A stretch of 64,000 nucleotides of DNA, from NCBI RefSeq assembly GCF_963921235.1, contig NC_086097.1, positions 93,498,001 to 93,562,000 on the forward strand, given 5' to 3'. The position numbers and the translations under genes are program-made. Positions 35,601 through 47,600 of this stretch are shown here, piece after piece (the stretch's first letter is position 1; every line of letters starts with the position of its first letter). The notes under the pieces are model-generated. The model saw only the letters and a program-made list of their open reading frames with translations, did not search any database and was not told where the DNA came from. Origin of the DNA: Mobula hypostoma. Taxonomy: Eukaryota.

Positions 35601-37119
35601 TCATGTACAGGCCTGGGAAGCTCAACGAGCCCTCTGATGCCCTATCCCGGGGAACGTGTGCCAGCGCGCAGATCAACCAGCTATATGCCCTACATGTAGA
35701 CCGTTGCCACCCGGGGGTCACCCGGTTTTTCCACTTCATGAAAGCCTGGAACCTGCCTTACTCCCTTGAGGAGATCAGGACGATGACCAGGGACTGCCAA
35801 GTCTGTGCAGAGTGCAAACCACACTTCTACCGACCCGAAAAGGCACCACTCATCAAGGCCACCCGCCCCTTTGAGCTACTGAGTGTTGACTTTAAGGGCC
35901 CCCTTCCCTCCACCAAAGCAATGTGTACTTTTTTAACGTTATCGACGAGTACTCACGGTTCCCCTTCACCATCCCCTGCCCTGACACCACTACCACGTCA
36001 GTTATAAAAGCCCAGCACAAGCTCTTCACTCTGTTCGGATACCCATGCTATATCCACAGTGACAGAGGGTCCTCGTTTATGAGTGACGAGCTGTGCCAAT
36101 ATCTGCTGGCTAGGGGAATTGCAACTAGTAGGACCACGAGCTATAATCCCCGGGGGAATGGACAGGTGGAGAAGGAGAATGGCACGGTGTGGAAAGCCAC
36201 ACTCTTAGCCCTCAGGTCAAAGGGACTGCCGGTCTCCCGCTGGCAGGAGGTCCTTCCCGAGGCACTTCACTCCATCCGCTCCCTGTTATGCACAGCCACC
36301 AATGCCACCCCTCATGAGCGATTCTTTTCTTTTGCCAGAAAGTCGACCACTGGGACCACCCTACCAACTTGGCTGACGTCCCCCGGGGCCAGTGCTGCTC
36401 CAGAAACATGCGAGGAGCAATAAATACTCCCAGATGGTCGAGAGGGTTCACTTACTTCATGCGAACCCCCAGTATGCCTATGTGGTTTTACCTGATGGGC
36501 GGGAGGACACGGTCTCCATCCGCGACCTGGCCCCCGCAGGAGCTCCGGGCCCCTACCCTGAACACTCCATGGTGACTATTAACCCTGTACCACCAATTAT
36601 ATATACCCACCAGACACCGCGCACTCCAAGCCCTACACAGACAGCACACGACACTCCCATACCGGGCGCGACGCACACGCACGAGGGATTACCGACGCCT
36701 AACGTGCTGGCACCTGAAGTCAGGCCGGAGCCAGCACAACCGCCATCGCCGGTGCAATCACCACCGGTGCTGCGTCGATCACAGCGACAGACTCAACGGC
36801 CTGATAGACTTAACCTGCAGGTATTCTACTTGTAAATATTGTCAGTCACTTCACCCTGCGGGACTCTTTTAAAAAAAGGGGGGGTGAATGTGGTAAACCA
36901 TATATATGTTGTAACTGGGTTAACTGTCTGGACAAGCCCCTCTGCTGACTGCCCCTGTGGCTCCTCCCAGAGACCCCTGAATAAAGGTGATTTCCCCCTG
37001 CTCCTCCTCCTCAGTCCAGGGGCAGACACGCAGCATGCTGGAAGTCACATTTTACTGCGAGTAAAAGCCTTTCAGTATTTACCCTACTTCAGTCTTTTGG
37101 AGTAATTGAAGGTGTATCA
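32648..37119 (+). mobile_element. Complete compact Ty3/Gypsy LTR retrotransposon (4.47 kb)
   Basis: 231-bp LTRs 32648-32878 and 36889-37119 (TG...CA, 13 mismatches by manual count); 5-bp TSD CAAGG; PPT AAAAAAAGGGGGGGTGAA 36871-36888. Confidence 0.95.
32904..36835 (+). pseudogene. Gypsy gag-pol (gag, two CCHC knuckles, protease, RT, RNase H, integrase), frameshifted
   Basis: ORFs 32904..33653, 33449..35161, 35411..36007, 35923..36423, 36392..36835: CSSCGKKGHFAKVC, LFDTGS, IDLKSAYHQ, PFGVTNG, YLDN, TDQRS, HPGVTR..C..C, IHSDRG, GNGQVE. Confidence 0.92.
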
Positions 37120-37539
37120 CAAGGCGAGCCGATTTGGCTGGTACAACATGCCTAAGCTAATCAAATGGCTCATTATCTTAAAACGAAATACTGGACTGTG
37201 AAATTTGATTAACAGAACACACTGCATTTTACAAAGAATCTGCAGAAAATAAAATACCCAACAGCATAACTGTAGTAATACAATAAAACATGTTCTGAAT
37301 CAGGGTATTACACTAGTACAAAATATAAAAACAGATAGTAAACATTGTTTTAATTATATAAAACCAGAAGAGGGTGGCTAATGTGAGCATAGGTTCCTTG
37401 GAACAAGAGAAGAAGGAATTACTGTTGGGTAATGTGGTAATGGCCAAGGCCTTGAATTTTGTGTTAGTCTTCATGGTGGAAGACACATCTAGCATTTTAA
37501 AGGTAAATGTTATAGATGCAATGGGAAGTGAGGACCTTA

Positions 37540-38680
37540 ATACAAGCAGTCACTAAAAGAGGTAGTGACGAACAAACTAGTAGGCCCAAAGGTTCTGATG
37601 GGATATAACCCAGGGAACTGGAGAAGGTTAACATGCAAAAGGTTATCAAGAATACGGATGGAATGCTGAATTTAAGAGCAGGGTGGTTGTGCTGCAGCCG
37701 CACAGGATATGGTGAAGTCACAATTGCAGTACTGCATGCAGTTCTGAAATCCTTACTTGAGGAAAGATGTACTTGGTTTGGGAAGTGTTGCAGAGGAGGT
37801 TTAGTAGATTTATTCTGGAGATGAGTAGGTTAACCCATGAGGAAAGATTGAGTCACCTGGGATTACACCACTGGAATTTAGAAGAATGAGAGGGAATCTT
37901 ATAGAAACATATAGAGTTACAAAAGGAATTGATGAGATAGAGCAGGAAAGTTGTTTCCACCAGTAAATGAGAATAGAACTGAAATGGGAGGGCATATCCT
38001 CTACATTTGGTCGAATATATTTGGGATGGAGATCTGAAGAAACCACTTTTTCCAGATAGTAGTGAACCTGGAATTTTCTTCCTAGGGAAGCATTAGAGGT
38101 TAGCAAGCAAGCAACAGCCCATTACACCACTAATGGGCAGCAATGAAAGTACCCCATCTCTGGTAATGTTTTAGGGCCTCCTTCATCATGTCAGTAGCCT
38201 CCCCTCAGTTTTCACTACTGCCAGTCATGCAAATTCCTGGTGGAGACACAGGAATACCGTCGCACTCTTCATTGCAGTTTCTGTAACAGTTTTGTTTGAC
38301 CAGTCAGGGCGTTAGCCCTGAGCTGAGGACCAGTGGGTCACTCTTAGTCTGTCCTCTACCACTTGACCTGTTTGGCATGGGTGACCCTACCAAGAGGCAA
38401 AGCATAAAGCCCTGACTCCAGACAACGTAGCTCTCCGGGTCATTGAGACACGCAAGCCTTCGAACCATGGCAAGGTTGTGGTCCATTGAAGGGAGTAGAG
38501 GCTACCTCATTAAATATAGAGTTAGATCAATTTTTGCATATCAGGGAAATTACAGATTATGGGGAAAAGCCAGGTAAGTGAGGCTGTGTCCATAGACAGA
38601 TCAGCCATGATCTTATTGAATGGTGGAGCAGGCTCAACGGGCCAGATGGCCAACTCCTGCCCCTGTTTCTTATGTTTACA
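37540..38680 (+). mobile_element. Decayed CR1 fragments containing a TSD-flanked short insertion at 38103-38495
   Basis: CR1 3' blocks on both sides; insertion flanked by TAGAGGTTA / TAGAGGCTA with a (TTGC)n tail on the minus strand. Confidence 0.65.
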
Positions 38681-38919
38681 AAGTAAGCACATCAAAGCTG
38701 TACTCAGTGCTCCCAGTTTGTTCGCTCCTATTTTTGTGTTAAGACTTAACCATATTTATTTCTTAATCTCCAATAATTCCAACATTCCGCTTGCTGAGAG
38801 CTTGAAGATGTAGGACTGTCCACTGTATTTTTCTACACATAGGAAAAAGGAATCAAGAATAACATCCCTAGGAATGGATGAAATATTTAAGTCTTCAGCT
38901 TTGAACAGTGAGAAGTCAA

Positions 38920-41900
38920 TAAGGATCGGGTGCAGAGTATTCCGAAGGGAGAAGGTATACAGCCAGAAGCCTTGGTACACATTGGTACCAATGACATAGG
39001 TAGAAAAAGGGAGGAAGTCCTGAAAAGAGAATTCAGGGAGTTAGGTAGGAAGCTCAGGAATGCTCCCTGTGCCACGTGCTAGCGAGTGCAAGAATAGCAT
39101 AATCAGGCATATTAATATGTGGCTGAGAGACTGGTGTAGGGGGCAGGACTTCAGATTCCTGGATCATTGGGGCCTCTTCTGGGGGGGTGGGTGCGGGGAG
39201 GTACAACCTGTACAAAATGGACAGGTTACAGCTGAACCCAAAGGGATTCACTATCCTAGTGGGCAGATTTAATAGAGCTGTTAAGGAGGGTTTAAACTAA
39301 TTTGGCCGGGGGATGGGAACCACAGTGATAGGGCTGAGGAAGGGGAAAACAGAAATAAATCAAAGATCGCGTGCAACAGAGATTATAGAAAGAATAGGCA
39401 GGAGATGAGGCTTAATCAAAGCCAGTGGCATGAGTTACAGGGCAATAGAGGCATGGTGCAGTTAAAACAGAAAGCAACAAATACTGGACTGAGAGTGTTG
39501 TATTTGAATGCACGCAACGCAAGGAATAAAATGGACGATCTTGAAATTCAGCTACAGGTTGGCAAATATGACGTTGTGGCCAACTCTGAAACTTGGCTAA
39601 AGGATGGCTGCCATTGGGAGTTGAATGTCCAAGGACATACGGTGTATCAGAAAGATAGGTTAATAGGCAGAGGGGGTGGTGTGGCCCTGTCTATAAGAAA
39701 TAATATTAAATCATTGGAAAGAAATGACATAGGGTTGGAAGGTGTAGAGTCTCTATGGGTTGAGTTATGAAATGGCAAGGGTAAAAGGACCCTAATGGCA
39801 GTTGTATACAGGCCTCCAAACAGCAGCCAGGATGTGGATTACAAATTACAGCAGCAGATAGAGAAGGCATATCAGAAAGGCAATGTCATGATAATCGTTG
39901 GGAATTTTAACATGAAAGTTGATTGGGGAAACCAGGTCAGTACTGGACCTCAAGAGAGGAAATCTCTAGAATGACTAAGGGATGGCTTTTTTAGAATAAC
40001 TTGTTGTTGAGCCCACTAGGGGATCAGCTGTGCTGGATTGGATGCTGTGTAATGATTTGGAGGTGATAAGAGAGCTTAAGGTTAAGGAACCCTTAGGGAA
40101 CAGTGATCACAATATGATTGAGTTCACATTGAAATTTGAGAGGGAAAAAATAAAATCCAATGTGTCGGTATTTCAGTGGAATAAAGGAAATTGCAATGGC
40201 ATGAGAGGAGGACTGGCCAAAGTTGACTGGAAAGGGACATTTGCAGGAAGGACAGCAGATCAGCAATGGCTGGAATTTCTGCGAAAAATGAGGGAAGTGC
40301 AAGACAGATATATTTCAAATAAGAAGAAATTTTTAAAGGGAAGAAGGACACAACCATGGCTAACAAGTGAAGTCAGTGCCAAAGTAAAAGCAAAAGAGAG
40401 GGCATACAAGGAAGCCAGAGCTAGTGGGAAGATAGGGGATTGGGGAGCTTTTAAAAACTTGCAGAAGGAAACTGAAGGAAACTAAGAAGGTCATTCGGAA
40501 GGAAAAGATGAATTATGAGAGGAAGCTGGCAACTAATATCAAAGAAGATACTAAAAGCTTTTGTAAGTATATTAAGGGTAAAGAGAGTCAAGGGTAGATA
40601 CAGGACCAATACAAAATGACACTGGAGATATTGTAATGAGAGATGCAGAGATGGCAGAGGAACTGAATGCGTATTTTGCATCAGTCTTCACAGTGGAAGA
40701 TGCCTGCAGCACACTGGACATTCAAGAGTGTCAGGGAAGTGAAGTTTCTGCGGTGAAAATTACGACTGAGAAGGTGCTCAGGAAGCTTAATGGACTGAAG
40801 GTGGATAAATCTTCTGGACCTGATGGAATGCACCCTCGGGTTCTGAAGGAAGAAGCTGGAGAGATTGCAAAGGTATTAATGACGATCTTTCAAGAATCGA
40901 TAGGTTCTGGCATTGTACCAGATGACAGGAAAATTGCAAACGTTACTCTGCTATTTTCGAAGAGTGGGAGGCAGCAGAAAGGAAACTATAGACCTGTTAG
41001 CCTGACATCAATGGTTGGGAAGTTGTTGGAATCGATTGTTAGGGATGAGATTATGGAGTACCTGGAGGCACCTGAAAAGCTAGGCCAAAGCCAGCATGGT
41101 TTCCTGAAAAGAAAATCCTGCCTGACTAACCTACTGCAATTCTTGAGGAAATTAGAAGCAGGGTAGACAAAGGAGATGCAGTAGACGTGGTGTACTTGGA
41201 TTTTCAGAAGGCCTTTGACAAGGTGCTGCACATGAGGCTGTTTAGCAAGATAAGAGCCCATGGAATTACAGTGGAGTTACTAGCATGGGTGGAGCATTGG
41301 CTGGTCAGCAGAAGACAGAGAGTGGGAATAAAGGGATCCTATCCTGGCTGGCTGCCGGTTACCAGTGAAATTCCACAGGGATCGGTGGTGGGACCGCTGC
41401 TTTTTACGATGTATGTCAATGATTTGGACTACGGTATTAATGGATCTGTGGCTAAATTTGCCAATGATACAAAGATAGGTGGAGGAGTAGGTGGTGTTGA
41501 GGAAACAGAGAGCCTGCAGAGAGACTTAGATAGTTCAGGGGAATGGGTAAAGAAGTGGCAAATGAAATACAATGTTGGAAAGTGTATGGTCATGCACTTT
41601 GGTGGAAGAAATAAACAGGCAGACTATTAGAAACATAGAAACATAGAAAACCTACAGCACAATACAGGCCCTTCGGCCCATGAAGTTGTGCCGAACATGT
41701 CCCTACCTTAGAAATTACTGGGCTTACCCATAACCCTCTGTTTTTCTAAGCTCCATGTACCTATCCAAAAGTCTCTTAAAAGACTCTATCGTATCCGTTT
41801 TCACCACCGTTGCCGGCAGCCCATTCCACGCACTCACCACTCTCTGCGTAAAAAACTTACCCCTGACATCTCCTCTGTACCTACTCCCCAGCACGTTAAG

Positions 41901-44285
41901 CCTGTGTCCTCTTGTGGCTACCATTTCAGCCCTGGGAAAAAGCCTCTGACTATCCACACGATCAATGCCTCTCATCATTTATACACCTCTATCAGGTCAC
42001 CGCTCATCTTCTGACGCTCCAAGGAGAAAAGGCCAAGTTCACTCAACCTGCTTTCATAAGGCATGCTCCCCAATCCAGGCAACATCCTTGTAAATCTCCT
42101 CTGCACCCTTTCTATTGTTTCCACATCCTTCCTGTAGTGAGGCGACCAGAACTGAGCACAGTACTCCAAGTGAGGTCTGACCAGTGTCCTATATAGCTGC
42201 AACATTACCTCTCCGCTCCTAAATTCAGTTCCACGATTGATGAAGGCCAATACACCGTACGTCTTCTTAACCACAGAGTCAACCTGCGCAGCTGCTTTGA
42301 ACGTCCTGTGCGCTCGGACCCCAAGATCCCTCTGATCCTCCACACTGCCAAGAGTCTTACCATTAATACTATATTCTGCCATCATATTTGACCTACCAAA
42401 ATGAACCACTTCACACTTATCTGGGTTGAACTCCATCTGCCACTTCTCAGCCCAGTTTTGCATCCTATCAATGTCCCGCTGTAACCTCTGACAGCCCTCC
42501 ACATTATCCACAGCACCTCCAACCTTTGTGTCATCAGCAAACTTACGAACCCATCCCTCCACTTCCTCATCCAGGTCAGTTATAAAAATCACAAAGAGTA
42601 GGGGTCCCAGAACAGATCCCCGAGGCATACCACTGGTCACTGACATCCATGCCGAATATGACCCATCTACAACCACTCTTTGCCTTCTGTGGGCAAGCCA
42701 GTTGTGGATCCACAAAGCAACGTCCCCTAGGAACCCACGCCTCCTTACTTTCTCAGTGAGGTACCTTATGGGGTACCTTATCAAATGCCTTGCTGAAATC
42801 CATATACATTACATCTACTCTTTCTTCATCAATGTGTTTAGTCACATCCTCAAAAAATTCAATCAGGCTTGTAAGGCATGACCTGCCCTTGACAAAGCCA
42901 TGCTAACTATTCCTAATCATATTATACCTCTCCAAATATTCATAAATCCTGCCTCGCAGGATCTTCTCCATCAGCTTACCAACCACTGAAGTAAGACTCA
43001 CTGGTCTATAAGTTCCTGGGCTATCTCTACTCCCTTTCTTGAAATAAGGAACAACATTCACAACCCTCCAATCCTCCGGAACCTCTCCCATCCCCTTTGA
43101 TAATGCCATTAATACTATATTCTGCCATCATATTTGACCTACCAAAATGAACCACTTCACACTTATCTGGGTTGAACTCCATCTGCAGAGACTCAGCCAG
43201 AGGCTCAGCAATCTCCTCCCTCGCCTCCCACAGTACCCTGAGGTACATCTTATCTGGTCCCGGCGACTTATCCAACTTGATGCTTTCCAAAAGCTCCAGC
43301 ACATCCTCTTTCTTAATATCTACATGCTCAAGCTTTTCAGTCTGCTGCAAGTCATCATACAATCACCAAGATTCTTTTCCATAGTGAATACTGTAGTAAA
43401 GCATTCATTAAGTACCCCTGCTATCTCCTCCAGTACCATACACACTTTCCCACTGTCACACTTGATAGGTCCTATTCTTTCACATCTTATCCTCTTGCTC
43501 TTCACATACTTGTAGAATGCCTCTATTATTTAGATGGGGAGAGAATTCAAAATGCAGAGATGCAAAGGGACTTGGGAGTCCTTGTGCAAGATACTCTAAA
43601 AGTTAACCTCCAGGTTGAGTTGGTTGTGAAGAAGGCAAATGCAATGTTGGCATTTATTTCTAGAGGTATAGAATATAAGAGCAGGGATGTGATGTTGAGG
43701 CTTTATAAGGCACTCGTGAGACCACACTTGGAGTATTGTGTGCAGTTTTGGGTTCCTTATTTTAGAAAGGATATACTGACATTGGAGAAGGTTCAGAGAA
43801 GATTCACGAGAATGATTCCAGGAATGAAATCATTCCAGGTATGAGGAATGTCTGGCAGCTCTTGGGCTGTATTCCATGGAGTTCAGGAGAATGAGGGGGG
43901 ATCTCATAGAAAGATTCCGAATGTTAAAAGGCCTGAACAGATGAGATATGGCTAAGTTATTTCCCGTGGTAGGGGATTCTAGGACAAGAGAGCACAACTT
44001 CAGGATTGAAGGACATCCATTTGGAACAGAGATGCGGAAAAATTACTTTAGTCAGAAGGTGGTAAATCTGTGGAATTTGTTGCCACGAGCGGCTGTGGAG
44101 GCCAAGTCATTGGGTGTACTTAAGGCAGAGATAGATAGGTTCTTGATTAGCCAGGGCATCAAAGGGTATGAGTTGAAAGCAGTGGAGTGGGTTGACTGGA
44201 AGAATTGGATCAGCCCATGATTGAATGGTGGAGCAGACTTGATGGGCCGTATGGCCTACTTCTGCTCCTATATCTTGTGGTCTTA
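38920..44285 (+). mobile_element. Near full-length decayed CR1 LINE (SGNH-esterase ORF1 end, APE-RT ORF2, 3' UTR)
   Basis: VHIGTNDIGRK..LKREFRELGRKL (ORF1 esterase); LYLNAR, SETW, GNSDH (APE); NYRPVSLTS, YLDFQKAFDKV, PQGSVVGP, KFANDTK (RT); many stops and frameshifts. Confidence 0.92.
41630..43522 (-). mobile_element. 5'-truncated CR1 LINE nested antisense in the larger CR1
   Basis: 6-bp TSD CTATTA (41624-41629, 43523-43528); (TTTCTATG)n tail; ORF 41975..42784 with PRGSVLGP and KFADDTK. Confidence 0.92.
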
Positions 44286-44465
44286 GGATAGTGTATTGCA
44301 CAAACAAAGAAGCAGTAATTGATCATGGAAGATGTAATTGTTTCTTGAGGTAAAGATAGGTGGGCAAGGACAATATTCATTAAGAATCTGTGGTTATTGT
44401 CAAGACTAGCAGGATTTGCTTCCACAAGATTTACAACCTTGCTTTCTGTTCCACCTTGAAAAATA

Positions 44466-44535
44466 CCGTACTGTGCAAAAAATCTTAGGCACTCTGGTTA
44501 TATATATATATGTGCCTGACTTTTGCACAGAACTG
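44466..44535. mobile_element. Very short Tc1/mariner-type hairpin MITE
   Basis: TA-CCGTACTGTGCAAAA...TTTTGCACAGAACTG-TA with a (TA)n centre; related to 7390-7454. Confidence 0.7.
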
Positions 44536-44739
44536 TACGTCCCTCTTCTGCTAGCTTTCCATTCCCTCTACATTGCATTCTTGTGCAGCTTTGCAAAGGT
44601 TAAGTTTCTATAAAGATTATTGTATTTTAATAGATCTTTCCTCATTTATTGTTACTGGATTTAATTTGTTTCTTTGTGCAGGGAAAAGTCTGACAATGTC
44701 AGTTTATATCAGAATAAACTGACATTAGCATAGCTGTAT

Positions 44740-45007
44740 GGCTCCAACACCATGTTTACATTTGCTGATGACACCACTGTTGTGGGCCGTATCAAAGGTG
44801 GTGATGAATCAGTGTACAGGAGGGAGATTGAAAATCTGGCTGACTGGTGTAATAACAACAACCTCTGTCAATAAGACCAAGGAACTGGTTGTGGACTTCA
44901 GGAAAGGGAAACTAGAGGTCCATAAGCCAGTTATCATCAGAGGATCAGAGATGGAGAGGATCAGTAACTTTAAATTCATGATGTTATTACCTCAGAGGAC
45001 CAGTCCT
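44740..45007 (+). mobile_element. L2/Rex1-type RT fragment
   Basis: FADDTTVVGRI and VNKTKELVVDFRK motifs. Confidence 0.7.
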
Positions 45008-46656
45008 TGTCATGGTCCGGTCCGAGAAGTCCGCATTTCTGTTCACAGTCCGTCCTGTGGATTCTGGACTCCGGGTCTTCCGGCTGTCTCTTGTTTCAGT
45101 TGGGCTTAATCATAGGCACCTGATGCTCGTCTTGGGGCTGGGAATATAAGTGGCTCTGGGATCGAGTGTCGTGGCTGGTTTGTCTTGTCAGTATCCCATC
45201 CTTGCCTTTGTGGGGTAAGTCAGGCCATTACCCTACGGTTGGATCTGTCCCTTCCTGTCCTTGCCTCCGTTGTGTAAGCCAGGCCATCTTTGTTGTTACC
45301 CTGAGGCTGGACTGTTCCCTTCCCTTCTCCTTCCTTCTGGAGCCTTGCCCGCAACGTTGTCAAGTTCAATCACCGGAGTGAGACCGGAGCCTTGCTGTGT
45401 CAAGATAAGGAACTGTCTATTGTTGAGTGAGAACTGTCTCTGTGTCCTCGCCTCCGCTAGGTAGCTCCGGCCACTTACCGCTACCTAGTGTTGGGAACCG
45501 TCTCTATGTCCACATCTTCGCTAGGTAGGTCTGGCCGTTTGCTGCTTCCTAGTGTTGGGAACTGTCTTGTCGTGTTCAGCATTCTGTGTAGAGCCCCAGC
45601 CCCGAGTCCTGATCCCAAGGAGGGGTCCTGTCTCTGTGTTCCGTGTGTGAGTCCCGGCCCTAAGTCCTGTTCCCAAGGACGGGTCCTGGCTCTGTGTTCC
45701 ATGTCCCTGTGTTCCTGTCTCTCAAGTTCAAGGCACCATGTTCCCGTGCTCTAAACCAAGGCTCTGCGTTCCTGTCGTCCCCAAGACCAAGGCTCTGTGT
45801 TTCTGTCGTCCCCAAGACCAAGGCTCTGCGTTCCTGTCGTCCCCAAGACCAAGGCTCCGAGGTTCCTGTCGTCCCCAAGACCAAGGCTCCGAGGTTTCTG
45901 TCGTCCCCAAGACCAAGGCTCTGCGTTCCTGTCGTCCCCAAGACCAAGGCTCTGCGTTCCTGTCGTCCCCAAGACCAAGGCTCTGCATTCCTGTCGTCCC
46001 CAAGACCAAGGCTCTGCGTTCCTGTCGTCCCCTAGACCAAGGCTCTGCGTTCCTGTCGTCCCCAAGACCAAGGCTCTGCGTTCCTGTCGTCCCCAAGACC
46101 AAGGCTCCGACGTTCCTGTCGTCCCCAAGACCAAGGCTCCGACGTTCCTGTCGTCCCCAAGACCAAGGCTCCGAGGTTCCTGTCGTCCCCAAGACCAAGG
46201 CTCCGAGGTTCCTGTCGTCCCCAAGACCAAGGCTCCGAGGTTCCTGTCGTCCCCAAGACCAAGGCTCCGAGGTTCCTGTCGTCCCCAAGACCAAGGCTCC
46301 GAGGTTCCTGTCGTCCCCAAGACCAAGGCTCCGAGGTTCCTGTCGTCCCCAAGACCAGGGCTCCGAGGTTCCTGTCGTCCCCAAGACCAAGGCTCAGCTG
46401 TTCCCGAGTACCAAGTCAAGGCTCCATGTTCTCGTCCTGTCCAGGAGCTGCCTCACCTAGTCCTGGAGTCCGAGCCCGAGACAAGATCCAGGTTCTGGGT
46501 CCTTGTCCAGTCTCTGGCTCAGTGTCCCAAACCCAAGCCTCGTCATGTCTTCGCCATGAAGAAACCAAGCCATGTCCAGTCCTGCAGCCACGTCACGTCC
46601 TCACCTAGTTCCAGGGTCCGAGCCCGAGTCAAGACCCAGGTTCTGGGTCCTTGTCA
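45008..46656 (+). mobile_element. LTR-like GC-rich insertion carrying a minisatellite
   Basis: Starts TGTCATGG exactly where the L2/Rex fragment breaks; TATA-like GGAATATAAG at 45141; internal repeats; right end and TSD uncertain. Confidence 0.45.
45755..46395. repeat. 31/32-bp minisatellite, 20 full units
   Basis: Head-to-tail ACCAAGGCTC(TGCG|CGAGG|CGACG)TTCCTGTCGTCCCCAAG with no spacers. Confidence 0.97.
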
Positions 46657-47600
46657 AGGTTCAGGTAAGAACAAGTTCCATCAGGTGGATAAGAGTGCAA
46701 GAGCATTATTGTTAAGTAGCAGGCACAAAATGTAAATGTGTCTTGGGGTTTAACTCTGAAATGTGACCAATTTGAGAGAGAAGAAGCTCCTTCTGAAATG
46801 TGATGTGAATGGCTAATTCGTATGTTATTCACATGGAATGTTATATGAATGAAAACTACTCGTGATCTCTAGACTGATGAGTTCTGTAATCTAAGCCCAA
46901 TTAATTTGAATTGAAATGGTGATTTTCTTAAGGTCTACATTGAGCTATTAATGGTCCAACAAATTCTTAGTGGTGCATATTTTACCAAGTGAATCCGTAA
47001 CAGATTACAGCAAAGCAACTGATAAGTCATTGGTTGGTTCTATAGTTAGTTTTTGTTACTAAATTGAACAAAATAAATATCTTCAGAAATCTATTGCTAC
47101 AGGTCATCAGTTTTTCAATCAGTTTGGGAGTAAGTTTCGATTATACAGTTTTACATCAATAGGTGCTGTGATGCAGACTTGACAAGAATATCGCTTGCAA
47201 TAGAAATCTTATTCTCTGCACACTCACAGGTCAAGATAAATTGAGGTTTTCCAGGAAGAGGGTATAGATAGTTTACAAACACAATAACCAAGGTTAATGA
47301 TTGCAGAGAAACCCTAACCCAAGTATAGTGCAAAGGGAATGAACTGTCCTATTGAAGAGGAGAAATGTATAAACTGCAGGTTAATGGCACCTGAAAAACA
47401 TTCATTTTGATTCCTTTCTCTCTACAAATCAAAAGTCTAGCCGTAGACACCCTCTTGGGTCTCAGCTATGCCTGTGGTTTTAATTAGCTACCTGGAACAG
47501 TCCTTGCACCACATCCCAACTCTCCTTCCACTACACCGATGACTGCATTGGTGTTGCAGAGAAATGCAAGTTAATACAAATAAGCAAGAGAATATACTAT

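Noticed and set aside
45755..46395. CRISPR-like array, and the 200-300 aa repeat ORFs over it
   Set aside because: Units abut with no unique spacers, there are no cas genes, the context is eukaryotic, and the ORFs are repeat artefacts.
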